From Salinivirgaceae bacterium (GTDB lineage Bacteria; Bacteroidota; Bacteroidia; Bacteroidales; SZUA-534): a stretch of DNA of 62,326 nt. Each line of letters starts with the position of its first letter. Positions within the stretch are counted from its first letter, which is position 1. Shown here piece by piece: positions 10,968 through 20,983 of the stretch. The position numbers were made by a program, and so were the translations under genes. Where the stretch lies: positions 1-62,326 of the forward strand of contig JAQICC010000266.1 in the NCBI GenBank assembly GCA_027858735.1. The letters run 5' to 3'. Below the pieces are notes generated by a model, which saw nothing but the letters and a program-made list of their open reading frames with translations, did no database searches and had not been told where the DNA came from.

Positions 10968-13169
10968 TTATAATTTATTGAACAGTTTCGAGGTACGCTG
11001 ATTCTCACCATTTATAATAAGAATGTAGCTACCAGTTTTAAGTGACCTTACATCAATGGTATTTTGATTTTTATTAGCTTTTGTAGTAAACATGGTTTTT
11101 CCTAACATATCAAAAACCATAACTTGAACAGGTGCTTCCGATAAACCTGAAATAGTTACATAACTATCGCTACTTGAATTAGGATACAAACTAATTTCAT
11201 TTGCAATATCTCTGGTTACACTAACCATCCCGTTTTTAAGCCCATCGCAAGGCGAGGTAGCAGAAGTACTGAAATAAATGGTGTAAGCTCCCGTTTTTTC
11301 GGCTAGTACAAAGTTATCGCCATCCATTATGGCATAGTAATCGCCATCAAAACCTGAGAAAACACTACCTGATATCGAAATTTCAGGCTGGCTGCTATTC
11401 AATGTATGCGTTACGGCACCCAACATACTTACATACCAATTTGGAACACCGTTATCGGTATTAAAGGCAAATGTATATAAGCCATTGTTTTCAAGACTCC
11501 AGTTTATACTGAACTTTCTTATGTTGCCTAAGTCCGGTCCATTATCTGATACAAAAATATTGCTATACGAAGTATTTATTGTTGGCAAAGCCGATGTCAT
11601 TGGTGCAAAATTGCAATCATCGTTACCACCATCACTTGTTACTGTTACAGCACAATTATCGGTTTTGTTGCCATCGGCAGTTGTTACCGATATTGTAGTA
11701 CTACCCGCACTAACAGCTGTTATTAAACCTGAACTATTTACTGTAGCTACAGCAGTATTGTTTGAACTGTATGATACTGTTTGGTTTGTAGCATCTGAAG
11801 GCGATACCGTAACTGAAAGCGACTGTGTTTCACCTACAAGAAGCGATACCGAAGAAGGACTTAAACTAACTGCGGTAACAGGAACTGTAGTAGCTTCACC
11901 TTCAACAATCTCAAGCTCGGTAAAACTTACCCAGTCACCAGTATAACCTGTTGCTCCAGTAACAGTTAATTCTAAATATCTACCACTTGTTGCTGTAAAA
12001 GAATGTTCAATAGGCTGATCTGCAGCAGTTCCTGACTGATCTACTACAGTTGTAAAACCACTTGAAGGAGAATCAGAAATACCAATTGTATAATGATAAG
12101 ACCTGTCTTGATACGTCCATACTTTTGTTCCGGTTATCGATTTTGTTTCACCATAATCAATTACTACCGATTTTGGAAATCCATTTGCACTCCAACGTGA
12201 AGCATCATCGGGGTTGCCATCAAATAAATTTTCGCCAACATTTGGATCTTGTTCAGCATCAACAGATTCAACAGTAATAGTAGACTGATCGACATCTCCA
12301 CCACCGGGGTAACCTATGCGTGAGGTGGAAACAATGATGTCGTCAAAATACGCATACTCGTCTTTTTGGGGCTGAAATGTTTCATCAGTTCCACCAAAAA
12401 AGGTCGATAAATAAATGATATTCATTTTAATATCACCTTCACCGGGTTGTCTATAATCACCATGATCGGTAATGTCAATCGCCAACTTACCGTCTAGCCA
12501 ACCACGCATAATACCGTCGTTTTGACCTGGTGTATTAAGCTTATAATATAATTCCACATGATTCCATGCACCCTTTTTAAACTTAACTTGATCGGGCTGA
12601 GGTTGTCCATCGGGTTCGTCATTAGGATTTATAAGACTCCAGTTAATTGATGCCTTAAAATCTTCACGTGAGGGTTCTGTGTTATAATGTACATAATATT
12701 CAACCAATCCATTATAACGCCACATTAGGCGAAGAGACATATTTCTGTCTTCGGTTTGGTAGGCTAATCCAGGTAATTTACCACCTGCTCTAAATTCGAA
12801 ATTTGCAGGAAAGTAAATCGAGTAACTCATATAAAGTTCATCGTGCTCCTGTCCATCCTGAAAAGTAACCTTTGTGTGCATACCACTATTGGCAGTTTTT
12901 ACGCCACCTTTCGGGTATTTTACATCAAGCACATTACCATGTCCAGAAGCACTAGAAATATACACACGTCCTTCGTCCGCTCCATTGCAAAATTTCACAT
13001 CAAGCCCCTCTTTTACGGCATCTTCATCATACTGTCCTGTGCTTAGGTTGTTAAAATCGAACTTGTGCACGTCCTGTGCAAAGCTATTGGTGCTAGTTGT
13101 AAATATTGCAACGGCAATAAATAACAGAACACCTATGTATTTAGTATTTATTTTATCGAAATATCTCAT
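10968..13169 (-). CDS. T9SS-secreted PL14-family polysaccharide lyase + F5/8C (CBM32) + Big_2 + unclassified module + T9SS CTD
   Basis: VKYPKG, FEFRAGGKLPGL, MRGWLDG, YLSTFFGG typical of PL14; DASRWSA F5/8C; VPVTAVSL Big_2; LYPN..GSYILII tail. Confidence 0.8.
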   Translation of the reverse strand: MRYFDKINTKYIGVLLFIAVAIFTTSTNSFAQDVHKFDFNNLSTGQYDEDAVKEGLDVKFCNGADEGRVYISSASGHGNVLDVKYPKGGVKTANSGMHTKVTFQDGQEHDELYMSYSIYFPANFEFRAGGKLPGLAYQTEDRNMSLRLMWRYNGLVEYYVHYNTEPSREDFKASINWSLINPNDEPDGQPQPDQVKFKKGAWNHVELYYKLNTPGQNDGIMRGWLDGKLAIDITDHGDYRQPGEGDIKMNIIYLSTFFGGTDETFQPQKDEYAYFDDIIVSTSRIGYPGGGDVDQSTITVESVDAEQDPNVGENLFDGNPDDASRWSANGFPKSVVIDYGETKSITGTKVWTYQDRSYHYTIGISDSPSSGFTTVVDQSGTAADQPIEHSFTATSGRYLELTVTGATGYTGDWVSFTELEIVEGEATTVPVTAVSLSPSSVSLLVGETQSLSVTVSPSDATNQTVSYSSNNTAVATVNSSGLITAVSAGSTTISVTTADGNKTDNCAVTVTSDGGNDDCNFAPMTSALPTINTSYSNIFVSDNGPDLGNIRKFSINWSLENNGLYTFAFNTDNGVPNWYVSMLGAVTHTLNSSQPEISISGSVFSGFDGDYYAIMDGDNFVLAEKTGAYTIYFSTSATSPCDGLKNGMVSVTRDIANEISLYPNSSSDSYVTISGLSEAPVQVMVFDMLGKTMFTTKANKNQNTIDVRSLKTGSYILIINGENQRTSKLFNKL

Positions 13170-13184
13170 AGTTTTTTGTTTGTA

Positions 13185-13212
13185 AAAAGGGGCAGAGTAA
13201 ACTGCCCCTTTT
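13185..13212. terminator. hairpin between the PL31-GH8 and PL14 genes
   Basis: AAAAGGGGCAG-AGTAAA-CTGCCCCTTTT, perfect 11-bp stem. Confidence 0.75.
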
Positions 13213-13237
13213 AGGTTTCATAATTAGATTTCAAGTT

Positions 13238-16200
13238 TTACAACTTGTTGAAGAATTTTGATGTCCGCTTACTCTCACCTTTTATAATTAGGATATAAGT
13301 GCCTGCTTTTAGCATGCTAACGTCAATCTGATTCATATCGCTATTAACATTCTCAATAAGCATTGTTTTACCAAGTATATCGCTAACAATAACTTGAACA
13401 TTTGCTTCATCTAGTCCTGCAATGTTTAAGTAATCCTGGCTAACAGGATTTGGATAGATTGAAACAGCACTTAGTTCACTGTTTTCAATTCCTGATGCTG
13501 ATTTAAACGAATCGCAATCAGGAGCTGTACTGCTAGTACTAAAGTAAATTGAATATGAACCAGATTTCTCTGCCAGCACAAAGTTATTGCCATCCATTAT
13601 AGCATAATAATCGCCATCGAAGCCTGAAAATCCGCTACCCGAAACTGATAGTTCTGGTTGGCTGCTATTCAGATTATGGCTTACTGCTCCAAGCATGTTA
13701 ACATACCAGTCTGGAGATCCATTTTCTGTATTAAATGCAAAGGTATATAAGCCATTATTAGTAAGGTTCCAGTTGATACTAAACTTTCTAATATTGCTTA
13801 GATCAGGACCATTATCAGATACAAATATATTGCTATAGTCAGTATTTAATGTTGGTAATGCTGAGGCCATTGGTTCATAATTACAACTAGTTCCACCATC
13901 ATCAATTGTAACATTCACAGCACAATTGTCGGTTTTGCTACCATCGGCAGTAGTTACAGTAATTGTTGCACTACCTGCACTTACTGCAGAAATAACCCCT
14001 GAACTATTTACTGTAGCTACAGTTGTATTGTTTGAACTGTATGATACTGTTTGGTTTGTAGCATCTGAAGGCGATACCGTAACTAAAAGCGACTGTGTTT
14101 CACCTACAAGAAGCGATACCGAAGAAGGACTTAAACTAACTGCGGTAACAGGAACTGTAGTAGCTTCACCTTCAACAATCTCAAGCTCGGTAATACTTAC
14201 CCAGTCACCAGTATAATCTGTTGCTCCTGTAACAGTTAATTCTAAATATCTACCACTTGTTGCTGTAAAAGAATGTTTAATTGGTTGAGTTGGAGCAGTG
14301 CCCGATTGATCAACTACAGTTGCAAATCCACTTGCAGGTGAACTAGAAATTCCAATTGTATAGTGGTAAGATCTGTCTTGATACGTCCACACTTTAGTTC
14401 CGGTAATCGATTTTGTTTCACCATAATCAATTACTACCGATTTAGGAAAACCGTTTGCACTCCAACGCGATGCATCATCAGTGTTACCGTCGAATAAGTT
14501 TTCGGCCACATTTGGTGATTGCTCTGCATCAACAGATTCAACAGTAATAGGATCAACTGTACCCGTTTGTTTCGTAAAGCTTATATCTTCTAAGTTGAAG
14601 CTACTACCATCCATGTAAACACGCATTACCTGCTGGCCTCCACTTAGGTTCACATCAGAAATTGTAATGGTATAATATGTACCCCAGGCACCTGTATTGT
14701 TTACCGTTTGAACACCCGTTTTGTCTACGCCGCCAAACTCAATATGGAATTTACCATTGGCAGTTGCAGAAGCTACGTCTACATCGATATCGTAAGTTCC
14801 TGCTTCAACATTAACAGTATACTCAACCCATTCGCCGGTTGATATCCAACCGATATTGTTGGTACCTAAATCTACATCTTCATCCTGACGAGGACCACTA
14901 CCTGCATTTCCTGCAGAAGCATCGTAGTAAGCTACATTTTGCCCACCATTATCATAATTTATTGATGCGATAGTTCCAGGGATAGCGTGAGGTACACCGC
15001 TTGGGTAAGGGGTTTGATCTGTTGGTGTTGGAGTAACGGTAACATTACATGTTGCGGTTTTATCACCATCATCAGTTGTTACTGTTATTACAGTACTACC
15101 CGCATTTACAGCTGTAACAAGCCCTGAACTGTTTACGGTTGCTACAGAAGTATTACTTGAAGTCCACGATACACTTTTGTTTGATGCATTCGATGGAGCT
15201 ATTGTAGCATTCAGATCCAGAGTTGCACCTTCGACTAAGGTTGCAGTGGTTTGACTCATAGATACGCCTGTTACAGGTACAATTGTAACGCCGCCTTCAA
15301 GTGGATTGGTATAAATACCAGACATCATTGTACGCGCAAATACATCAAATAAGTAATCGAAATAACCTACTGGAGGAGTTGCTACTATTTCTTCGTAGTA
15401 TGTGTCAAATTCAGCTTGTAATGTTAGTGTTACACCTGCACAAGCAAAATTACTTACGAAAGTATTGTTATGATAACGATCGCCAGCAATAAGGTCGCCA
15501 TTTTGTTGGTAACCATCTTTTACATTTTGTATACCATTAATTGTGTTTTGAACAAAATTGTTGGTTTTGTCGAGGTAACTTTTTGCACGCGTATCTCCAA
15601 ACCAAATATAATCGGTAGCAATACGCCATGGTGTTCTGCTGGCATCATAAGAGTAATTTAATGATTTACCGCTAGCCTCAGTACCATCAGCTTTACACCA
15701 GTCGGATACAAGACCACCTACAGCATTATTCTCATCCAGATTATTGTCGATAATAACATAACATTTATCAACAACACTATTCCAGAAAGCCTCGTCGTTT
15801 GTAAATTGACCGAATAGCTTATAAGTTCCTGTCGCAAAGTATGAAATGTTTGTAACATCACTTCCACCAAATGCATCGCCTGGTTTTAGCACGTAAGTAC
15901 CACTTTCCACCTCGTACTGCTTAATTAGAGCAATCATATCTTTCGCATCGTTCGCATAATCCACCGAACCAGAACTGCCAAATACTTTGTCGGCAATTAT
16001 TAGAGCCATGGCTGCATCTTGATCAGAGTCGGTAGCTCCATTTTGCTCCAATACAGTATTACAACCTTCAGTATGCCAATGCATAAATCCATTACCATTA
16101 GGGAAAGCTTTGTAATAGTTCCAAAGTCCATCAAAATGTGTTTGATCGTTAAAGTAAGCTGCTAAAATCATTCCATAAGCGATACCTTCAGAAACAGTCT

Positions 16201-17803
16201 CGTCCGGAGACTCCCACGAATTAGCTGACAATCCCCAGCGAATACGACCTTTACCATCACCGCAATCTTCATAAAATTTATCGATGAAAGTTGCATAAGC
16301 AGCTTCGGCATCAGACGCATTTGCATTAGCAGGAACAATACCATAAGCATAAGGACTTTCAATGGATACAGCATCTTCTACTGTAAAGTTTACGCCTGTA
16401 GAAGTAGTTGTTGCACCTTCATTATCTGTTGCTTTTGCAGTAACAGTATAAGTGCCATTTGCAACGTTATTCTTTGTGTAATTATATACTTCTGAGTCAT
16501 CTTCACCGATTTTTGTTCCATCTAAATAGAACTCAACCTTAGTTACGGTACCATCGGAATCGGTAGCATTTGCTGTAAATGTAATGTTACTTCCTGTTAC
16601 AAAAACGTCGTTGTAATCGGGAGATGCAATGCTTACTGAAGGCGCACGGTTTGTAAGTTCTCCACCGTCGCAGGAAACAATATTCCATGATGGACATTCG
16701 TATGTAATTTCATCAGAATAATAATTAACTGGCTCAGGAGAATCTGGCACACGCGTATTATCCCAATAATGGGTTTCTAACGGATCGCCTTGCTTAAAGC
16801 GTACTCCTGGAATATCATCATTCCCAGAGCCCATATTATACACATTATTAAAAATGGCATTTCTATAGCCTGTATTATCGTCAGTACCTCTATCTAAAAT
16901 ATCAATACCTGCAGCTAAAATAGAAGACCCATCCACATTAAATGTATTGTTGTATATAAAAGCATAAACACCTTTTAAATCAATAAAAGCATCAGCGCTA
17001 TTTTCACCTGAAATACCGTCTGCTGAGAATTCACAATCACGAATAATTATGTTCTTAGTTCCTTCTTTTATATCAGCTCCTTCGGCACTAACATTAGGTC
17101 CAACCTTACAATTTTGAATGGTGTTATCAAAGCAGTAAGGATTATAGTCTGTTGAATTTGGATCGGTTGTGTGCTGACCTTTGTCGGAACCAATGTAAAA
17201 ACCTTCACCATAGTTTGGTTGTATTACGCCTGAATTAAAAATTTCGCAATTATCAACTAAATTATTGCTTGAGCCATCACGTAAGTGAATACCTTCATCA
17301 CCAATGTTATGCACTAATACATTGTTTATTTCGCAGTAACTTGATCTGTCAAGCACCAAACCTTTCGAACCTTCTGTGATTACAAGGTCTTTAATAATCC
17401 AGTAATCACCAAAAATACGCATGGTGTAACCATTATAATCACCAACTGGCCCTTGTAAAATTGGACGACTTGATGAACTGGCACCTCTTACAATGATGGG
17501 GTCAGACGAATTCCCATCACCCATACCAACATATCGAGCCCATTTTCCGCGATTATCAGGAGCCTCGGTTTTCTTTGTTGCGGTATACGTACCTGTTGCA
17601 ATAATAATTTCATCACCAGGTTCTGCATTTGCCATGGCATAAAGAATTTGATCGGCTGTATTGCAATAAATTGTTCCGTGAGTGCCCTGCGGCGATTGAG
17701 CATTTAAATTAAACACAAAACCCATAAAAAGCAATGCTAAAACAATTATGCGTTGCCCAATACTGAGTTTACAAAAAGATTTTTGATTTTTAGTTTTTTT
17801 CAT
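13238..17803 (-). CDS. T9SS-secreted multimodular enzyme: PL31-like beta-helix lyase + Ig + GH8 + Big_2 + CBM6 + F5/8C + Big_2 + unclassified module + T9SS CTD
   Basis: GEGFYIGSDK, GPNVSAEGADIKEGT, AFIDLKG (PL31-like); TVSEGIAYGM, ATDSDQDAAMAL, YDASRTPWRI (GH8); YDNGGQ..WISTGEWVEYTV (CBM6). Confidence 0.8.
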   Translation of the reverse strand: MKKTKNQKSFCKLSIGQRIIVLALLFMGFVFNLNAQSPQGTHGTIYCNTADQILYAMANAEPGDEIIIATGTYTATKKTEAPDNRGKWARYVGMGDGNSSDPIIVRGASSSSRPILQGPVGDYNGYTMRIFGDYWIIKDLVITEGSKGLVLDRSSYCEINNVLVHNIGDEGIHLRDGSSNNLVDNCEIFNSGVIQPNYGEGFYIGSDKGQHTTDPNSTDYNPYCFDNTIQNCKVGPNVSAEGADIKEGTKNIIIRDCEFSADGISGENSADAFIDLKGVYAFIYNNTFNVDGSSILAAGIDILDRGTDDNTGYRNAIFNNVYNMGSGNDDIPGVRFKQGDPLETHYWDNTRVPDSPEPVNYYSDEITYECPSWNIVSCDGGELTNRAPSVSIASPDYNDVFVTGSNITFTANATDSDGTVTKVEFYLDGTKIGEDDSEVYNYTKNNVANGTYTVTAKATDNEGATTTSTGVNFTVEDAVSIESPYAYGIVPANANASDAEAAYATFIDKFYEDCGDGKGRIRWGLSANSWESPDETVSEGIAYGMILAAYFNDQTHFDGLWNYYKAFPNGNGFMHWHTEGCNTVLEQNGATDSDQDAAMALIIADKVFGSSGSVDYANDAKDMIALIKQYEVESGTYVLKPGDAFGGSDVTNISYFATGTYKLFGQFTNDEAFWNSVVDKCYVIIDNNLDENNAVGGLVSDWCKADGTEASGKSLNYSYDASRTPWRIATDYIWFGDTRAKSYLDKTNNFVQNTINGIQNVKDGYQQNGDLIAGDRYHNNTFVSNFACAGVTLTLQAEFDTYYEEIVATPPVGYFDYLFDVFARTMMSGIYTNPLEGGVTIVPVTGVSMSQTTATLVEGATLDLNATIAPSNASNKSVSWTSSNTSVATVNSSGLVTAVNAGSTVITVTTDDGDKTATCNVTVTPTPTDQTPYPSGVPHAIPGTIASINYDNGGQNVAYYDASAGNAGSGPRQDEDVDLGTNNIGWISTGEWVEYTVNVEAGTYDIDVDVASATANGKFHIEFGGVDKTGVQTVNNTGAWGTYYTITISDVNLSGGQQVMRVYMDGSSFNLEDISFTKQTGTVDPITVESVDAEQSPNVAENLFDGNTDDASRWSANGFPKSVVIDYGETKSITGTKVWTYQDRSYHYTIGISSSPASGFATVVDQSGTAPTQPIKHSFTATSGRYLELTVTGATDYTGDWVSITELEIVEGEATTVPVTAVSLSPSSVSLLVGETQSLLVTVSPSDATNQTVSYSSNNTTVATVNSSGVISAVSAGSATITVTTADGSKTDNCAVNVTIDDGGTSCNYEPMASALPTLNTDYSNIFVSDNGPDLSNIRKFSINWNLTNNGLYTFAFNTENGSPDWYVNMLGAVSHNLNSSQPELSVSGSGFSGFDGDYYAIMDGNNFVLAEKSGSYSIYFSTSSTAPDCDSFKSASGIENSELSAVSIYPNPVSQDYLNIAGLDEANVQVIVSDILGKTMLIENVNSDMNQIDVSMLKAGTYILIIKGESKRTSKFFNKL

Positions 17804-18022
17804 CTTATTAAGAATTTATTTAGTTATAGTTAGTAATTACATTGGTTTAATTGTAAAAACAACCATTCATAAAAAGATTATACTGTAAAGTATTCAAAAA
17901 CTCCCCTATCCGATCCCACTATTTTTTACCCTTTAAAAAAAACACCCTTTATGTGGTTTACACAAACTTATGCATTTATGTCACCTGTAAACGCTAATCA
18001 GGCTTTCTAAAAATCGTAAATA

Positions 18023-18051
18023 AGTCCCAAATTATGCCACATTTGTTTCAC
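18023..18051 (-). promoter_or_regulatory. tandem half-site motif upstream of the PL31-GH8 gene
   Basis: AGTCCCAA (18023) and TGTTTCAC (18044), 21 bp apart; -7 box TAAGTTTG on - strand at 17970-17963, same offset as at receptor 1. Confidence 0.45.
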
Positions 18052-18226
18052 CAAAACATATCAAAATCGTCGCAATATTATTACATACGGCTGTTTAGTA
18101 GTGCGTTATACCAAATCAAGGACTTCCATTATTCAAAGTGTTAATTATACAACATGAAATAGTTGATTAATAAAAGCACCGCTTTTTATCTAAATTTGAA
18201 AATAAAATCAAAAAAATATTTGCACA

Positions 18227-19408
18227 ATGAATTATAATTCGATACAAAAATCACTTCTATGTACTTTCATTCTATTTTTGTTTTTTTCAATAATAACAAA
18301 AGGTCAAAACTATAAGCAAAACACAATTGAAGTTTTAACCGAGAATGTATTAACAGAGGCTGCGAAAAACTTAAATGAAAAACCCATAACAATAACTTCT
18401 TATACCTGCGATAGAAGTGCTGGATCTAAAAATGATTTTTACTCTGAGGGCGATTACTGGTGGCCAAATCCTAATGATATAAATGGCCCATATATTCGCA
18501 AGGATGGCTTAACAAATCCGGATAATTTTACAGAACACCGCAAAGCCATGCTCCGCTTAAGTATTATTGTAGGTAATTTAACATCGGCCTACCTAATTAC
18601 AAAAGATACAAGTTATGTTAGCGCAGCTAAAACGCATTTGAAAGCCTGGTTTATTAGCGATAGTACCCAAATGAATCCTAACCTATTATATGCTCAGGCT
18701 ATAAAAGGCCGACATACCGGACGAGGCATTGGTATTATTGATGCTATACATTTAATTGAAGTAGTGAAATCGGTAATGATTTTTGATAATAATTCTTTAA
18801 TTTCAGAGCAAGAATTAGCAAATATTAACAATTGGTTTACAGAATTCACCCTATGGCTAAGCACTCATAAATACGGACTAGATGAGATGGTACATCCCAA
18901 CAACCATGGTACATGTTGGAATATGCAAGTAGCTATGTTTGCTAAATTCACACAAAACGATACAATTCTAAATTTCTGCCGAGAAAATTTCAAAAACAAA
19001 TTAATGCCTAATCAAATGGCTACAAATGGCAGCTTTCCATTGGAATTAAAACGCACAAAACCTTATGGTTATTCACTTTTTAACCTCGATGCCATGGTTA
19101 TGAATTGTATGATACTTTCCGACGAACAAAATGACCTATGGAATTTCGAATTAGCAGATGGTAGAAGTATTCAAAAAGCTATTGCTTATATGGCACCTTA
19201 TGTAAAAGATAAAACCAGCTGGCCTTTAGAACCTGACGTTATGTATTGGGAAAACTGGCCCGTTGCTCAACCTGCATTTATATTTGGTGCCCTAAAGTTC
19301 AATAATGAATTGTGGTTTGAATTGTGGAAAAATAACAAACATAGCCTAGAAGTTGAAGAGGTTTTAAGAAATGTACCGATTCGTAATCCTTTGCTTTGGT
19401 TGGAATAA
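18227..19408 (+). CDS. alginate/glucuronan lyase family protein (PF05426 alpha-toroid, PL38-like), Sec signal only
   Basis: DFYSEGDYWWPNP..PYIRKDG..NP, MNPNLLYAQ, GRGIGIID, NNHGTCW, TKPYGYSLFNL. Confidence 0.8.
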   Translation: MNYNSIQKSLLCTFILFLFFSIITKGQNYKQNTIEVLTENVLTEAAKNLNEKPITITSYTCDRSAGSKNDFYSEGDYWWPNPNDINGPYIRKDGLTNPDNFTEHRKAMLRLSIIVGNLTSAYLITKDTSYVSAAKTHLKAWFISDSTQMNPNLLYAQAIKGRHTGRGIGIIDAIHLIEVVKSVMIFDNNSLISEQELANINNWFTEFTLWLSTHKYGLDEMVHPNNHGTCWNMQVAMFAKFTQNDTILNFCRENFKNKLMPNQMATNGSFPLELKRTKPYGYSLFNLDAMVMNCMILSDEQNDLWNFELADGRSIQKAIAYMAPYVKDKTSWPLEPDVMYWENWPVAQPAFIFGALKFNNELWFELWKNNKHSLEVEEVLRNVPIRNPLLWLE

Positions 19409-19474
19409 AATATTGGGCTAATTTTCAGGGAATCTTTTAGTTGAACAATCAAATTAATTCTGAGCTGATTGATG

Positions 19475-19505
19475 CTTTCTAAGCATCTTTGCGATGCTTA
19501 GAAAG
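19475..19505. terminator. hairpin between the convergent PL38-like and GH88 genes
   Basis: CTTTCTAAGCATC-TTTGC-GATGCTTAGAAAG, perfect 13-bp stem. Confidence 0.6.
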
Positions 19506-19600
19506 TTAGTACAGCCAACTTATGGAATAAAAAAAAGGACACTAAAACTAGCATCCTTCTTTTCTGGAATTATTGATTTTACAAAACGGCTCGATTCACC

Positions 19601-20797
19601 TTAGTTTATTAATTCCAGATTCTTTTTTCTTAACAATGCCTCTAAAAAGTAATAATCGGCATATATTATAGGACAATCAATTTCTGAATTACTCGGCCAA
19701 TTACCTGTTGAATGTTCCAACAAGAAGTGGTGTGGTGCATCATTTGCTGCAAAATAACTATCAGAACTTAAAGTGTTTAGCATTTCATCTGCCATATCTT
19801 TATAAAACACGGCATTATTTTTTGTGTGGGTACTTAATTCATATAAGGCTGAACAAATTACTGCAGCTGCTGAAGCATCGCGTGGTTCGTCAGGAATATT
19901 TGGTGCATTAAAGTCCCAATAAGGAATTAAATCGTCAGGCAAATTCGGATGGTTTAATATGAATGCTGCAATTTCTTCAGCTTGCACTAAATATTTTTCA
20001 TCACTAGTTTCTCGATACATTAAGGTGTATCCATAAAGCCCCCATGCTTGCCCACGAGCCCAAGAAGTTTCATCACCGTATCCCTGATGGGTTTGTTTAT
20101 TTATAGCATTACCTGTAATTGTATCGTAGTTTACAACATGATAGGTGCTAAAATCGGCTCTAAAATGATTTTTCATGGTTGTATTGGCATGCGAAACCGC
20201 AATATTATAGTAAGTGGAATCACCTGTTTCATGAAAAGCCCAAAAAATAAGTTCAAGGTTCATCATATTATCAATAATAACAGGAAATTGCCATTGATCT
20301 TCGTGATGATCCCAAGAACGAATACAACCAACGGTAGGATTAAAACGTGTGATTAAAGTTTTTGCACTTTGCAGCAGAACTTCTTTGTAAGTCTGATTCT
20401 TTGTAAGTCTATATCCATTGCCATAGCTGCAATAAACTTTAAAACCCATATCGTGTGTCACACTATTCAGTTTTTCCTTTTCCAATATCTCAGTACGATT
20501 TTGAGCTTCGGTCTTAAAAATAGAGTCGCCACTTAGCTCATACATATACCAAAGTGCTCCTGGGTAGAATCCCGAAGTCCAATCACCGGAGGCTACTGAT
20601 CGTAACTCGCCATTTTTTTCGATATTACGTGGATTTTCTTGCTTATTCGTATAAGCTTCTATACCGGTTTTATATTTTTTAACAACCTTAGTAATTATTG
20701 TAATATTATTGGTATTGATTGATGTATTTGAGCACGAAAGCATTACCAATAATATAGAAACAAAACTTACTCTATAAGCAATTTGAGATATTTTCAT
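19601..20797 (-). CDS. GH88 unsaturated glucuronyl hydrolase, lipoprotein
   Basis: lipobox MLSC; DWTSGFYPG, HDMGF, VIIDNMMNLE, SWARGQAWG, RDASAAAV, YADYYFLEAL. Confidence 0.92.
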   Translation of the reverse strand: MKISQIAYRVSFVSILLVMLSCSNTSINTNNITIITKVVKKYKTGIEAYTNKQENPRNIEKNGELRSVASGDWTSGFYPGALWYMYELSGDSIFKTEAQNRTEILEKEKLNSVTHDMGFKVYCSYGNGYRLTKNQTYKEVLLQSAKTLITRFNPTVGCIRSWDHHEDQWQFPVIIDNMMNLELIFWAFHETGDSTYYNIAVSHANTTMKNHFRADFSTYHVVNYDTITGNAINKQTHQGYGDETSWARGQAWGLYGYTLMYRETSDEKYLVQAEEIAAFILNHPNLPDDLIPYWDFNAPNIPDEPRDASAAAVICSALYELSTHTKNNAVFYKDMADEMLNTLSSDSYFAANDAPHHFLLEHSTGNWPSNSEIDCPIIYADYYFLEALLRKKNLELIN

Positions 20798-20933
20798 TCT
20801 TGTAAAAGTTTGATCGGTTATTTGTTTATTAGGTTAAACAATGTTGGTTAATCGATAAAGTTTATTGTTGATATCGAATACGCTTAATATCGTATTCACT
20901 AAGTAATTGATTAGATAGTCTTTTTTTGAAATA

Positions 20934-20960
20934 CGCTACCTGCATGTTTAACAGGTAGCG
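20934..20960 (-). terminator. hairpin after the receptor-2 partner gene
   Basis: CGCTACCTG...CAGGTAGCG 9-bp stem. Confidence 0.55.
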
Positions 20961-20983
20961 CAAAATTCAAACACTAATCTTAT

